NCBI RefSeq assembly: GCF_000981785.2
Contig: NZ_CP011304.1
Coordinates: 3,510,001-3,542,000, forward strand
From: Microcystis aeruginosa NIES-2549
Lineage (GTDB): Bacteria > Cyanobacteriota > Cyanobacteriia > Cyanobacteriales > Microcystaceae
Reading direction: 5' to 3'
DNA: 32,000 nt
Notes under the pieces: generated by a model
Seen by the model: the letters and a program-made list of their open reading frames with translations, nothing else
Told to the model about the DNA's origin: nothing
Databases searched by the model: none
In this document: positions 1 through 7,713 of the stretch, piece by piece
How positions within the stretch are numbered: position 1 is the stretch's first letter
Layout: each line of letters begins with the position of its first letter
Position numbers and translations under genes: made by a program

Positions 1-70
1 CTAGTTTAGCGGGACGGTTAGGCATAGGTGGCTAAATACTTCCCCGAAATTCTTGCCATTGATTACCGTC

Positions 71-120
71 AAAAAAAGCTTGACAAAAACTCAAGTCTTG
101 ACTTATAATTTTCTTATAAT
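71..120 (+). promoter_or_regulatory. Candidate promoter upstream of coiled-coil gene 1
   Basis: AAAAAAAGCTTGACA with TTGACA at 80-85, an 18-nt spacer and TATAAT at 104-109 (second TATAAT at 115-120). The string CTTGACTTA...TATAATT recurs upstream of the second coiled-coil gene (1369-1394). No TSS data. Confidence 0.3.
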
Positions 121-214
121 GGGAATCCGTGTCCGCCTATAGACCCCTGATTTTTCCGTAAAATATAGCCTCCAGCATTTACCCCTGAAGATTTGACTTT
201 TGGAGTTGCTCAAA

Positions 215-613
215 ATGTCTAACGAAACTGTCACTTATTCCCTAGAAGCTGTCCTGACAAGGATTGAGGGGAAAATCGACTCTCTGGAAAAACGCCTTGA
301 CGAGAAAATCGACTCTCTGGAAAAACGTATTGACGAGAAAATCGACTCTCTGGAAAAACGTATTGACGAGAAAATCGACTCTCTGGAAAACCGTATTGAC
401 GAGAGATTTGACAAGATAGAAGACCGGTTAACTAAAGTAGAAATAGGACAGGCCGAACTCAAGGGAGATATTAAAGCTTTAGACGAAAAAATCAATGGAT
501 TAACTGCAAGGGTTGCCTATCAGGAATTCACCAATCGAGGGATTCTGATAGCACTGGTGGTCGCTATTTTAGGAGGTGCCGCTAAACTTTTTGGTTTTTT
601 CCCTAATCCTTAG
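215..613 (+). CDS. Tail-anchored coiled-coil repeat protein (11-residue KIDSLEKRIDE repeats, C-terminal hydrophobic helix); XhlA-like architecture, function unknown
   Basis: ORF track 200-613. ATG at 215 preceded by GGAG (202-205) is preferred over the TTG at 200. The repeats and the C-terminal segment GILIALVVAILGGAAKLFGFF are read from the translation. Confidence 0.6.
   Translation: MSNETVTYSLEAVLTRIEGKIDSLEKRLDEKIDSLEKRIDEKIDSLEKRIDEKIDSLENRIDERFDKIEDRLTKVEIGQAELKGDIKALDEKINGLTARVAYQEFTNRGILIALVVAILGGAAKLFGFFPNP
271..402 (+). repeat. Four tandem 33-bp coding repeats (unit GAAAATCGACTCTCTGGAAAAACGTATTGACGA)
   Basis: Units start at 271, 304, 337 and 370 and are nearly identical. Each encodes an 11-residue unit. 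Confidence 0.9.
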
Positions 614-722
614 AAGTTGCCGGTAGCCGTACCTAGTAGATAGGCTCTTCCCCAAAATTTTTCGCTCATTACCCCGATCATCCGTTAGAATAGATTCAGA
701 ATTCAAGGATAAAATCTCATCT

Positions 723-1301
723 ATGAATCCCGTTGTTTTGGTGCATGGTTTTCTGGACACTACGGCTGTTTTTAAACCGATGAGCGAGTATTTAAATTAT
801 CATGGTTGGCAGGTGCATAGTTTTAACCTAATTCCCAATCATGGTTACGAAAAGTTAGAAGTTTTAGCCAGTCAGGTGGAGAATTATATCGAGAAAAACT
901 TTGCTAAAGAGCAGAAAGTAGATCTGATTGGGTTTAGTATGGGAGGATTAATTACCCGCTACTACCTGCAAAGATTGGGAGGAGTGGCAAGAGTGCAACG
1001 TTACCTAAATATTTCTGCTCCGAATCGAGGCACTTTAACCGCGTATAGTTTACCCTTAGATGGGATTAGACAAATGCAGCCGGGGAGTCAATTTCTAGAG
1101 GATTTAAATCAAGATTGTCAACAAATTTTAAATAAAATTAAAACCACAATTATCTGGACTCCCTACGATTTAATGATATTTCCCGCCCATAGTTCCCGTT
1201 TATCGGTGGGCAAAGAAATTTCGATTCCCGTATTGCTTCATGCTTGGATGGTCAAAGATAGCAAAGTTTTAACAACAATTAAAGAGACCTTATTAGAATA
1301 G
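723..1301 (+). CDS. Small alpha/beta-hydrolase, lipase/esterase (class 2 / LipA-EstA-like)
   Basis: N-terminal PVVLVHGF oxyanion-type motif, nucleophile elbow GFSMGG, later TPYDLMI and LLHAWM consistent with a Ser-Asp-His triad. 192 aa. Confidence 0.7.
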   Translation: MNPVVLVHGFLDTTAVFKPMSEYLNYHGWQVHSFNLIPNHGYEKLEVLASQVENYIEKNFAKEQKVDLIGFSMGGLITRYYLQRLGGVARVQRYLNISAPNRGTLTAYSLPLDGIRQMQPGSQFLEDLNQDCQQILNKIKTTIIWTPYDLMIFPAHSSRLSVGKEISIPVLLHAWMVKDSKVLTTIKETLLE

Positions 1302-1368
1302 AAATACTGGTTGTCTCCAATACCGGAACAAGGTCAAAATATGACCAATAAAAACGTTAATTATCATC

Positions 1369-1394
1369 AAAAAAGCTTGACTTAACGTTATAAT
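1369..1394 (+). promoter_or_regulatory. Candidate promoter/shared upstream motif of coiled-coil gene 2
   Basis: AAAAAAGCTTGACTTAACGTTATAAT with TATAAT at 1389-1394, 35 nt before the ATG at 1429. It shares AAAAAGCTTGAC and CTTGACTTA..TATAATT with 71-110. No canonical -35 at 17-nt spacing. Confidence 0.3.
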
Positions 1395-1428
1395 TGTGCT
1401 AGGCGATCAAATTCCCCTAGGTGTCACC

Positions 1429-1818
1429 ATGTCCACTCAAGAACCCACCCTAACCGATGTTCTCAACGAATTGAAAAGCTTCCAAACAGCAGTAAATCAA
1501 CGTTTTGAAGCGATAGACCAAAGTTTTGAGGCTATAGACCAACGTTTTGAAGCGATAGACCAACGTTTTGATGCTATGGGGCAACGTTTTGAGGAAATAG
1601 ACCAACGTTTTGATGCTATGGGGCAACGCTTTCAGGAAATAGACCAAAGATTAGACAAACTCGACTATAAATTTGACACCTACGAAAAAGCCTCCGAGAA
1701 AGTGCTGAGATTGGCCACGACAATTATTATCGCAGCCGCCACCGTAGCGGTTTTACCCTCGGCCTTTCAGGCAATCGGTCCCCTATTAACCCAAATCATC
1801 GCCGCCGGCAATAACTAA
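1429..1818 (+). CDS. Tail-anchored coiled-coil repeat protein (heptad QRFEAID repeats, C-terminal hydrophobic helix), function unknown
   Basis: ORF track 1396-1818 (GTG). The internal ATG at 1429 (MSTQEPTLTDV...) is preferred because TATAAT at 1389-1394 would put the TSS after 1396. C-terminal segment LATTIIIAAATVAVLPSAF. Confidence 0.6.
   Translation: MSTQEPTLTDVLNELKSFQTAVNQRFEAIDQSFEAIDQRFEAIDQRFDAMGQRFEEIDQRFDAMGQRFQEIDQRLDKLDYKFDTYEKASEKVLRLATTIIIAAATVAVLPSAFQAIGPLLTQIIAAGNN
1498..1665 (+). repeat. Eight tandem 21-bp coding repeats (unit CAACGTTTTGAAGCGATAGAC)
   Basis: Period 21 from 1498. Units encode QRFEAID / QSFEAID / QRFDAMG / QRFEEID / QRLDKLD variants. Confidence 0.85.
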
Positions 1819-1887
1819 CTTGTGATCGAGACTTGACGATTGCATGGTATGATAAAGGTTTTGGAACTATTGTTTTAGGTCAAGATC

Positions 1888-2346
1888 ATGGCGAAACGAA
1901 TGCAGGTTATCCTCAATCAAAAAGTCAGCAAATTAGGTGAAAATGGCGATGTGGTGGAAGTGGCCCCCGGTTATGCGCGCAATTACCTTATCCCCCAAGG
2001 TGTGGCCGTTTTAGCCACCAAAGGCGCGATTAAACAAGCAGAATTTAGGAAAGAAAAAGAGCGTCAACGTCTCCTCGCTGAAAAACAAGAAGCGGAAACC
2101 AGAAAAACTGCGATCGAAAAACTCAGTCCCTACAGCATCCCTAAACAGGTGGGTGAAAATGAGGCAATTTTCGGTACTGTCACCAGTCAAGATGTGGCCA
2201 CGGTCATTCTAGAAAATGCTAAATTAGAAATCGATCGCCGTGGTATTACCGTCCCCGATATCGGTCAATTGGGAGTCTATAAAGTACAAGTCAAACTCCA
2301 TCCCGAAGTTAGTGCCGATATAGAAATTAAAGTAATTGCACAATAA
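1888..2346 (+). CDS. rplI: 50S ribosomal protein L9
   Basis: MQVILNQKVSKLGENGDVVEVAPGYARNYLIPQGVAV is the canonical L9 N-terminal domain. 152 aa. Confidence 0.95.
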   Translation: MAKRMQVILNQKVSKLGENGDVVEVAPGYARNYLIPQGVAVLATKGAIKQAEFRKEKERQRLLAEKQEAETRKTAIEKLSPYSIPKQVGENEAIFGTVTSQDVATVILENAKLEIDRRGITVPDIGQLGVYKVQVKLHPEVSADIEIKVIAQ

Positions 2347-2360
2347 CAATTATCGGGACC

Positions 2361-2425
2361 TAGTTATCAGTAATCAGTGAAAACTTATCAGAGCAATTAA
2401 CTAGCTGATGGCTGATAGCTAATAG
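2361..2425. repeat. Heptanucleotide (STRR-like) repeats forming an imperfect inverted repeat downstream of rplI
   Basis: TTATCAGTAATCAG (2364-2377) faces CTGATGGCTGATAGCTAATAG (2405-2425). It could act as a terminator hairpin, but there is no clear U-tract. Confidence 0.4.
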
Positions 2426-2445
2426 CCATTCACATCTCAAAAACT

Positions 2446-3030
2446 ATGACTCATCCCACGGATATAAAAACCCTAGCACGCTGGATGGCGGCGGATTTTA
2501 GTAATCAAGAACAAGCTTTTGCTAATCCGCCTTTTTTTGCCCATATTCGCGTGTGTATGCGTCCTTTACCCGATGAATTACTGGGGGGAACCAGTTTATT
2601 TTTAGAGCAGGCCTACGATTTTATGCTCAATACTCCCTATCGTTTGCGAGTATTTAAATTATCGGTAGTCGATGACCATATTGAACTAGAAAACTTTAAA
2701 GTTAAAGAGGAAGCTAACTTTTTTGGTGCTTCTAGAGAACCCCAGCGTCTCAAAAATCTCAGCTTAGAACTATTAGAACCGATGCTGGGTTGTGATATGA
2801 ATGTCACTTGGACAGGTAACAGTTTTAAAGGGGTGGTGAAACCGGGTAAACAATGTTTAGTCTTTCGCAAAGATAGAATGACTTATTTGGATAATAGTTT
2901 TGAAATTAGTGAACAGGGATTAATTAGCGTTGATCGCGGTTTAGATCCCGAAACCGATCAATTAGTCTGGGGTTCGATCGCAGGTCCCTTTGAGTTTGTG
3001 CGTCGCAGTAGTTTTGCTGAGGAAGTGTGA
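2446..3030 (+). CDS. cpcT: Phycocyanobilin lyase CpcT/CpeT family
   Basis: LARWMAADFSNQEQAFANPPFFAHIRVCMRPLP ... LFLEQAYDFML ... YRLRV ... ENSFEIS-type motifs match CpcT (DUF1001) along the full length. Confidence 0.85.
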   Translation: MTHPTDIKTLARWMAADFSNQEQAFANPPFFAHIRVCMRPLPDELLGGTSLFLEQAYDFMLNTPYRLRVFKLSVVDDHIELENFKVKEEANFFGASREPQRLKNLSLELLEPMLGCDMNVTWTGNSFKGVVKPGKQCLVFRKDRMTYLDNSFEISEQGLISVDRGLDPETDQLVWGSIAGPFEFVRRSSFAEEV

Positions 3031-3052
3031 GAAAAATTCTTGGTTTTTAGCT

Positions 3053-3853
3053 ATGAAAATCGCCACATGGAATGTCAACTCGATTCGCAGCCGACAAGAG
3101 CAGGTAATTAACTGGTTACAACTCAATCCCGTTGAGGTTTTATGCTTGCAAGAAACCAAGGTAATCGATCGAGATTTTCCCAGAGAAGCTTTTGAATCTT
3201 TGGGTTATCATCTCTATATTTCTGGACAAAAATCCTATAATGGTGTGGCGATTTTTAGCCAGAAACCCATGGAGGATATCACTGTGGGATTTAGTCCAAT
3301 TATCGGCGAAAATTTAACAGGAGAACTAGACGAACAGAAACGGCTAATTACTGGAGTAATCGGCGATATTCGGATTATTAATCTCTACGTTCCTAATGGT
3401 TCTTCCCTAGATAGTGACAAGTATATTTATAAGCTTAAATGGTTAGAAACTCTGAGGAAATATCTAGATAAAATTATTAATTCTCAACCTGAAGAATTAT
3501 GTATCTGCGGAGATTTTAATATTGCCTTAGAAGATAAAGATATTTATGATACCAAAGGCAAAGAAAATCATATTATGTCTTCAGCTAAAGAAAGAGAAGC
3601 TTTAGAAAAGGTCTTAGAAATTGGCTTACAAGATGCCTTTAGAAAATTCACCTCGGACCCAGGACATTATAGTTGGTGGGATTATCGCAGCGGCGGTTTT
3701 GCTCGTAACCGAGGTTGGCGAATCGATCATCTTTATTTAACTCCTCAGCTATACGAAAAAGCTGTCAATTGTCTGATCGATCGAGAACCCAGAAAACAAG
3801 AAAAACCTAGCGATCATACCCCTGTTATTCTGGAAATATCAAGCCAAAAATAG
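3053..3853 (+). CDS. xthA: Exodeoxyribonuclease III
   Basis: MKIATWNVNSIRSR..., LCLQETK, NGVAI, YVPNG, GDFNIA, WRIDH and SDHTPV are hallmark EEP/ExoIII motifs. ATG at 3053 is chosen over the track start at 2990, which overlaps cpcT. Confidence 0.9.
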   Translation: MKIATWNVNSIRSRQEQVINWLQLNPVEVLCLQETKVIDRDFPREAFESLGYHLYISGQKSYNGVAIFSQKPMEDITVGFSPIIGENLTGELDEQKRLITGVIGDIRIINLYVPNGSSLDSDKYIYKLKWLETLRKYLDKIINSQPEELCICGDFNIALEDKDIYDTKGKENHIMSSAKEREALEKVLEIGLQDAFRKFTSDPGHYSWWDYRSGGFARNRGWRIDHLYLTPQLYEKAVNCLIDREPRKQEKPSDHTPVILEISSQK

Positions 3854-3991
3854 CTAAAGGATCAACCTAGACTTTGCACAGCCAGAATTTTGCTCTGTTA
3901 GCTTCCCTAACCGGGGACTTTCAGCTTGAGGATTTATTAGGTAACGAGAAAATGCTATGATTCGGGTTGAATTTACCAAGTTTATTAAATT

Positions 3992-4546
3992 ATGCGTTCT
4001 CCCCAATTAATTGTTCTATTGCTCGGTTTATCCCTTCTCCCCAGCATCTCCCCCGCTTTTGTCCATGCTAATCCCTCGATAGTGCCGGTGAAACAATCGA
4101 GTAATCGCGATGGGGGACAAACAATCAAGGAAGCGGAAATTAAAGCAATGATTCAAGACATTGAAACCGCTATTAAAGATAAAAATATCGCCCTAATCCT
4201 CAAACACTATGCCCCGTTTATTTCCTCGCAATTGACCATTAAAACCGATGCTAGTACCGAAATTTTTGAGTTAAATGGCATCACGGAACATAAAATATTT
4301 TTAGAGGAATCCTACAAAAATATTAGAAGTATAGAGGTTCTTTCTGAGAATTGGGACGTGGATATTCTTGCTAATAACGAGATGGCGATTATCACTCGCG
4401 AGCGGGTAGTCAATATTACCAACACCGAGGGTGATAACTATATAGTGGCATCGGAAGCAGTGGCTAAAGTCGCTCCCATCGACGGCAAATTGAGGATCTT
4501 TTCCATTCAAGAAACCGCCGAAGTGGGACGCAGACCAAAAAAATAA
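3992..4546 (+). CDS. Secreted hypothetical protein (possibly NTF2/SnoaL-like fold)
   Basis: N-terminal signal peptide MRSPQLIVLLLGLSLLPSISPAFVHA. No recognisable catalytic motif. Confidence 0.5.
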   Translation: MRSPQLIVLLLGLSLLPSISPAFVHANPSIVPVKQSSNRDGGQTIKEAEIKAMIQDIETAIKDKNIALILKHYAPFISSQLTIKTDASTEIFELNGITEHKIFLEESYKNIRSIEVLSENWDVDILANNEMAIITRERVVNITNTEGDNYIVASEAVAKVAPIDGKLRIFSIQETAEVGRRPKK

Positions 4547-4864
4547 TCAACCTCTCCGGTTGGGACTAGACCAACCCGACTCCCGCCGTCTTCTTCCCTC
4601 GATAAAACCGTCATCATAGTCTCTAGAATTGCGCGGATTATCATAGCGGGCAAAGTTAAACCCGTCCTCTAGTCCGCGCTGAAATTCTTGCTCTGGTGGC
4701 ACAAATCGATAACGTTGTCTATTATCCTGTACCGCCCGGTTGATTAACAAGGCCCCCGCTCCAATACCAACGGCCTCACCAAAGGTTAAAGACCTAGCAT
4801 AATCGATGTTAATTGTCAAGAAAGTTGTTGTTAAAATTAAGGCTTTTCCCCAATGCTGACCCAT
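4547..4864 (-). CDS. Small exported/membrane hypothetical protein
   Basis: ATG at 4864 lies 5 nt after AAGGAGGA on the minus strand, so the track TTG at 4879 falls inside the Shine-Dalgarno site. Hydrophobic N-terminus, G-rich helix AVGIGAGALLI, charged tail. Confidence 0.5.
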   Translation of the reverse strand: MGQHWGKALILTTTFLTINIDYARSLTFGEAVGIGAGALLINRAVQDNRQRYRFVPPEQEFQRGLEDGFNFARYDNPRNSRDYDDGFIEGRRRRESGWSSPNRRG

Positions 4865-4960
4865 AAAATCCTCCTTCAAAAAATCAAGTTGGCGACAAAA
4901 CCAGTACAGATACAGAGTTTCTCATAAAATCGACCACCGACTTGCCAAAATGAAAACTTT

Positions 4961-4988
4961 GTACCTCACGATTACGATAACTGCTATG
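4961..4988. mobile_element. Solo terminal repeat of the IS630-derived MITE family (GTACCTCA-N14-GCTATG)
   Basis: TACCTCA (4962-4968) plus 14 nt plus GCTATG (4983-4988). Core words and spacing match the right ends at 14352-14379, 26144-26172 and 26851-26879. Confidence 0.45.
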
Positions 4989-5877
4989 AGCTAGATTTAG
5001 AAGAATGGGAGTGAAAGCGAATCCCCAAGAAGACATCGTAGAGGAAACTCCAGAAATTCTTACCTTGCAGTAAACCTAAAGACTGTTCACAATCTTTCGC
5101 GTCTAAAAGCGGTTTAGTGGCATAGTATGCCGGTTGGTATTTGTACCAAGGAATCGACGGCCAGAGATGATGCACGAGATGATAATTCTGTCCTAAAATC
5201 AGCAGATTTAAGAGGGGACTGGGGTAAACGCGGGCATTTTTCCAACGATTACGCTCTTGGAAAGGACGATGGGGGAGATAATCGAAAAATAAACCGAGGG
5301 CAATTCCCACCACTAAAGCAGGAACAAACCAAAAATTCATCACATAGCTGATAAAACCGTATTGACAGGCGACGATGACTATGGTAGCCACAAAAAGACG
5401 ACTGAGGAACCATTCCAGCAGTTCGTATTTCCGCCAGAGTTGCCGCTTAAAAAAGAAAATCTCGTGATAAAAAAATCTGGCCGCAATCATCCACAAAGGG
5501 CCACCAGTGGAGACAAAATGATCCGGATCATTTTCGGGATCGTTAACGTGAGCGTGGTGCTGTAAATGGACTCTAGTGAAGACCGGAAAGGCAAAACCGA
5601 GCATTAAAGCACTGCCATGACCTAAAATAGCATTAAATAGCCGATTACTATGGGCAGAATTATGAGAGGCATCGTGGATAACTGTCCCCGATAAATGTAA
5701 AGCGAGGACATTAGCACTAAAACAAATCCAGTCAGGCCAGGACCATAGCCAATAGCCACAGGTAGATAGGGTTATTAGGCTCAAGGCACTGAAAAACATG
5801 GTAACGTTTGGGTTGAAGCCCCCCGGTGCTTTTAAATACTCTTTGGGGACTGTCAGCAACATCTCGGCCGACTGCAT
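4984..5877 (-). CDS. crtR: Beta-carotene hydroxylase (membrane di-iron, fatty-acid desaturase superfamily)
   Basis: Three histidine boxes (HDASHNSAH, HLQHHAHVN, HLVHHLWPSIPWY) and multiple TM segments. Length and pattern fit cyanobacterial CrtR. Confidence 0.8.
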   Translation of the reverse strand: MQSAEMLLTVPKEYLKAPGGFNPNVTMFFSALSLITLSTCGYWLWSWPDWICFSANVLALHLSGTVIHDASHNSAHSNRLFNAILGHGSALMLGFAFPVFTRVHLQHHAHVNDPENDPDHFVSTGGPLWMIAARFFYHEIFFFKRQLWRKYELLEWFLSRLFVATIVIVACQYGFISYVMNFWFVPALVVGIALGLFFDYLPHRPFQERNRWKNARVYPSPLLNLLILGQNYHLVHHLWPSIPWYKYQPAYYATKPLLDAKDCEQSLGLLQGKNFWSFLYDVFLGIRFHSHSSKSSS

Positions 5878-6040
5878 TATGGGTGTTGCTCCTTATTGTG
5901 TTCGCTTTACTGGCGTAAATTATCATACTACGGCTTTTTCATAAAGTTTTGTAACATTATCTTAATTAATCTAAAGTTATGAAGAAAGTAAGGATTTGTT
6001 ATATGGTCTTCCCCCCTCAGTCCCCGAAGGAAAAGCGAGG

Positions 6041-6460
6041 CTACAAGAGAAAATCACGGGCACTTAACGCCAGTTTCGCACTTAAACGATTAAAAAATTC
6101 GGCCAGAGACTCGGCTTGAGAGGGAGCGATCGCCTGTTTCCCCCCTATCACCGATTCTACTCTATCCCGATCGCCGAAAATATCGACAAGACACTCCCTA
6201 TCGATATCGAATTCATCAAGTAAAGATTCTAACGTAGCGGTAGGATTTGTTCGGGCGATCGGATAATGTTTCCGCTCGTATTCTTCCACTAATAACACCA
6301 GTAAATCAAATAATAGTCCTTCGTCATTGCTTAACTCCCGTGAGATCATCCCTTCAATTATGCTTAAAAATCGCTCGTATTCTTGGGAGTTATTAATCGG
6401 TTTCGGTTGATACTGCAATAGTAAATCACCATAGGTTAATGGATTAGAAGTAGGGATCAT
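6041..6460 (-). CDS. higA: HigA-type antitoxin (HTH regulator partner of HigB)
   Basis: Overlaps the 3' end of the upstream HigB-like toxin by 17 nt. Has ...LLVLLVEEYERKHYPI... typical of COG5499-type HigA partners. Confidence 0.6.
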   Translation of the reverse strand: MIPTSNPLTYGDLLLQYQPKPINNSQEYERFLSIIEGMISRELSNDEGLLFDLLVLLVEEYERKHYPIARTNPTATLESLLDEFDIDRECLVDIFGDRDRVESVIGGKQAIAPSQAESLAEFFNRLSAKLALSARDFLL

Positions 6461-6743
6461 TTTTCCAGTTCTCCTTATTGTATTCAGCGTGACTTAGAAT
6501 ATATTTAACGAAAATGGTTTGACGAGAATAATTGATGTCAGCGATTAAACGGTATTTGTTTCCCTTGATATTAAAAACTGTAAAATTTCCCACCGCCTCC
6601 GCCTTCGGGTAGCGACCTTGAACCTCTACTAAATTTTTCCAGTTAGCCTTACTAGCGAAGTTATACCAATCGCTCAGAGCGTCTTCCGCGTCCGAGTGGC
6701 GTTGCCAAAACTCTCGTAATTTAACTTTACTGATCACGCCCAT
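6444..6743 (-). CDS. higB: HigB-family type II toxin (RelE-like mRNA interferase)
   Basis: ISKVKLREFWQRHSDAEDALSDWY...ANWKNLVEV...FNIKGNKYRLIADINY...VKYILSHAEYNK matches the HigB_toxin family pattern. Toxin-first order is typical of hig loci. Confidence 0.8.
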   Translation of the reverse strand: MGVISKVKLREFWQRHSDAEDALSDWYNFASKANWKNLVEVQGRYPKAEAVGNFTVFNIKGNKYRLIADINYSRQTIFVKYILSHAEYNKENWKNDPYF

Positions 6744-6820
6744 CGATCGCTAGTTTTATTGTTGTTTTTAACTTAGATAAGTAGCTGGTTATAATTAAAT
6801 TAAAAATGGATTTTAGGTTC

Positions 6821-6919
6821 GATCCCCCCTGCCCCCCTTGATAAGGGGGGTGCCGATAGGCGGGGGGATCACCCTTAATAAGGGGGGCATCTGATAATTT
6901 TTAACGCCTACCTACTTAA
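6821..6919. repeat. G/C-tract palindromic MITE-like element, copy 1
   Basis: GATCCCCCCTGCCCCCCTTGATAAGGGGGGTGCCGAT...AATAAGGGGGGCATCTGATAATTTTTAACGCCTACCTACTTAA. A related copy lies at 7714-7856 in the same orientation. Confidence 0.75.
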
Positions 6920-7082
6920 ACATCGATCGCTCTGATAATTATAGTGTATGTCAATTTGACCGATCGCTCCCCGCACCCCAGAAAAGCGCACCACTTCGCC
7001 GCTCTCTTGGCAGATCCCCCTCAATCCCCAATCGAGTAATCAATAGCTAGATAAAGCATAATAAATATAAATAGCAACAACC

Positions 7083-7109
7083 TTGACAAAATCGGGGGGG
7101 GGGTAAGAT
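7083..7109 (+). promoter_or_regulatory. Candidate promoter of the PEP-CTERM gene with a G10 tract in the spacer
   Basis: TTGACA (7083-7088), a 15-nt spacer containing 10 consecutive G (7094-7103), then TAAGAT (7104-7109). ATG at 7144. Confidence 0.4.
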
Positions 7110-7143
7110 TTGGCTAGATTTTAAACAAATTCAAGTCAGAATT

Positions 7144-7701
7144 ATGTCCCTGAAAAAATCCTTCAACAAACCCCTAACCGTCGCCCTCGCCACGGTAGCC
7201 ACCGCCACCCTCGCACCGGTTGCCAGTGCCGCCACTTTTAACTTCTCCTTCGGCAACGTAACCGGTTCGGTCTCCGGAACCGTACAGGGGACGCTCACCC
7301 TACCAGACGGAGATGGAACAAATTTGGCCGCCACTTCGGTCATCGTGACTTCCGCTCCCGCCGCCCTAGGCTACACACTCCCCTTTAATGTTCTGGCGAA
7401 TTTTACTGATTTAGCGAGTAATAGTTTTACGGTCAGTGGCGGGGTGATTACCGCGAGTTCATTTGGCGCTCAGAGTATTGGCGGAGCTTTGGCTCTAAAT
7501 TTTCTCCCTGGCAGCTTGGGGAGTTTATTCACTGTCCAGGGATCAGCATCTCCATTCAGTGGTGTCGCCGATGTCAATAGTACAACCCTAACCTACTCTC
7601 CCGCCGCTCCTACCACCGTTCCCGAACCAGCGACGGTTCTCGGTTTACTCTCCGTTGCCGGGGTGGGTTTATTGTGCAAAGGCCGGAAACTGGAAGGGTA
7701 A
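7144..7701 (+). CDS. PEP-CTERM sorting-domain exported protein
   Basis: Signal peptide (LTVALATVATATLAPVASA) and a C-terminal VPEPATVLGLLSVAGVGLLCKGRK motif (PEP motif + TM + basic tail). Confidence 0.8.
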   Translation: MSLKKSFNKPLTVALATVATATLAPVASAATFNFSFGNVTGSVSGTVQGTLTLPDGDGTNLAATSVIVTSAPAALGYTLPFNVLANFTDLASNSFTVSGGVITASSFGAQSIGGALALNFLPGSLGSLFTVQGSASPFSGVADVNSTTLTYSPAAPTTVPEPATVLGLLSVAGVGLLCKGRKLEG

Positions 7702-7713
7702 TTTTGACCGATT

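Noticed and set aside
235-1647. Minus-strand ORFs 235-495, 569-760 and 1450-1647
   Set aside because: These are antisense translations of the tandem coding repeats (repetitive FSRESIFSSIR..., KTLVYRF...) or of intergenic sequence. The plus-strand frames give coherent coiled-coil proteins.
2990-3052. Upstream extension of xthA overlapping cpcT by 41 nt
   Set aside because: ExoIII proteins begin MKIATWNVN..., and the extension has no homology-like features.
5127-5926. ORFs 5127-5351 (+), 5362-5565 (+) and 5732-5926 (-) overlapping crtR
   Set aside because: These are shadow frames of a gene with clear histidine-box motifs, and none has a recognisable feature.
6811-6830. tRNA T-arm-like string GGTTCGATCCCCC
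   Set aside because: The flanking bases cannot form the 5-bp T stem (TTAGG against CCCCC) and no acceptor or anticodon arms are present. It is simply the start of the G/C-tract MITE.
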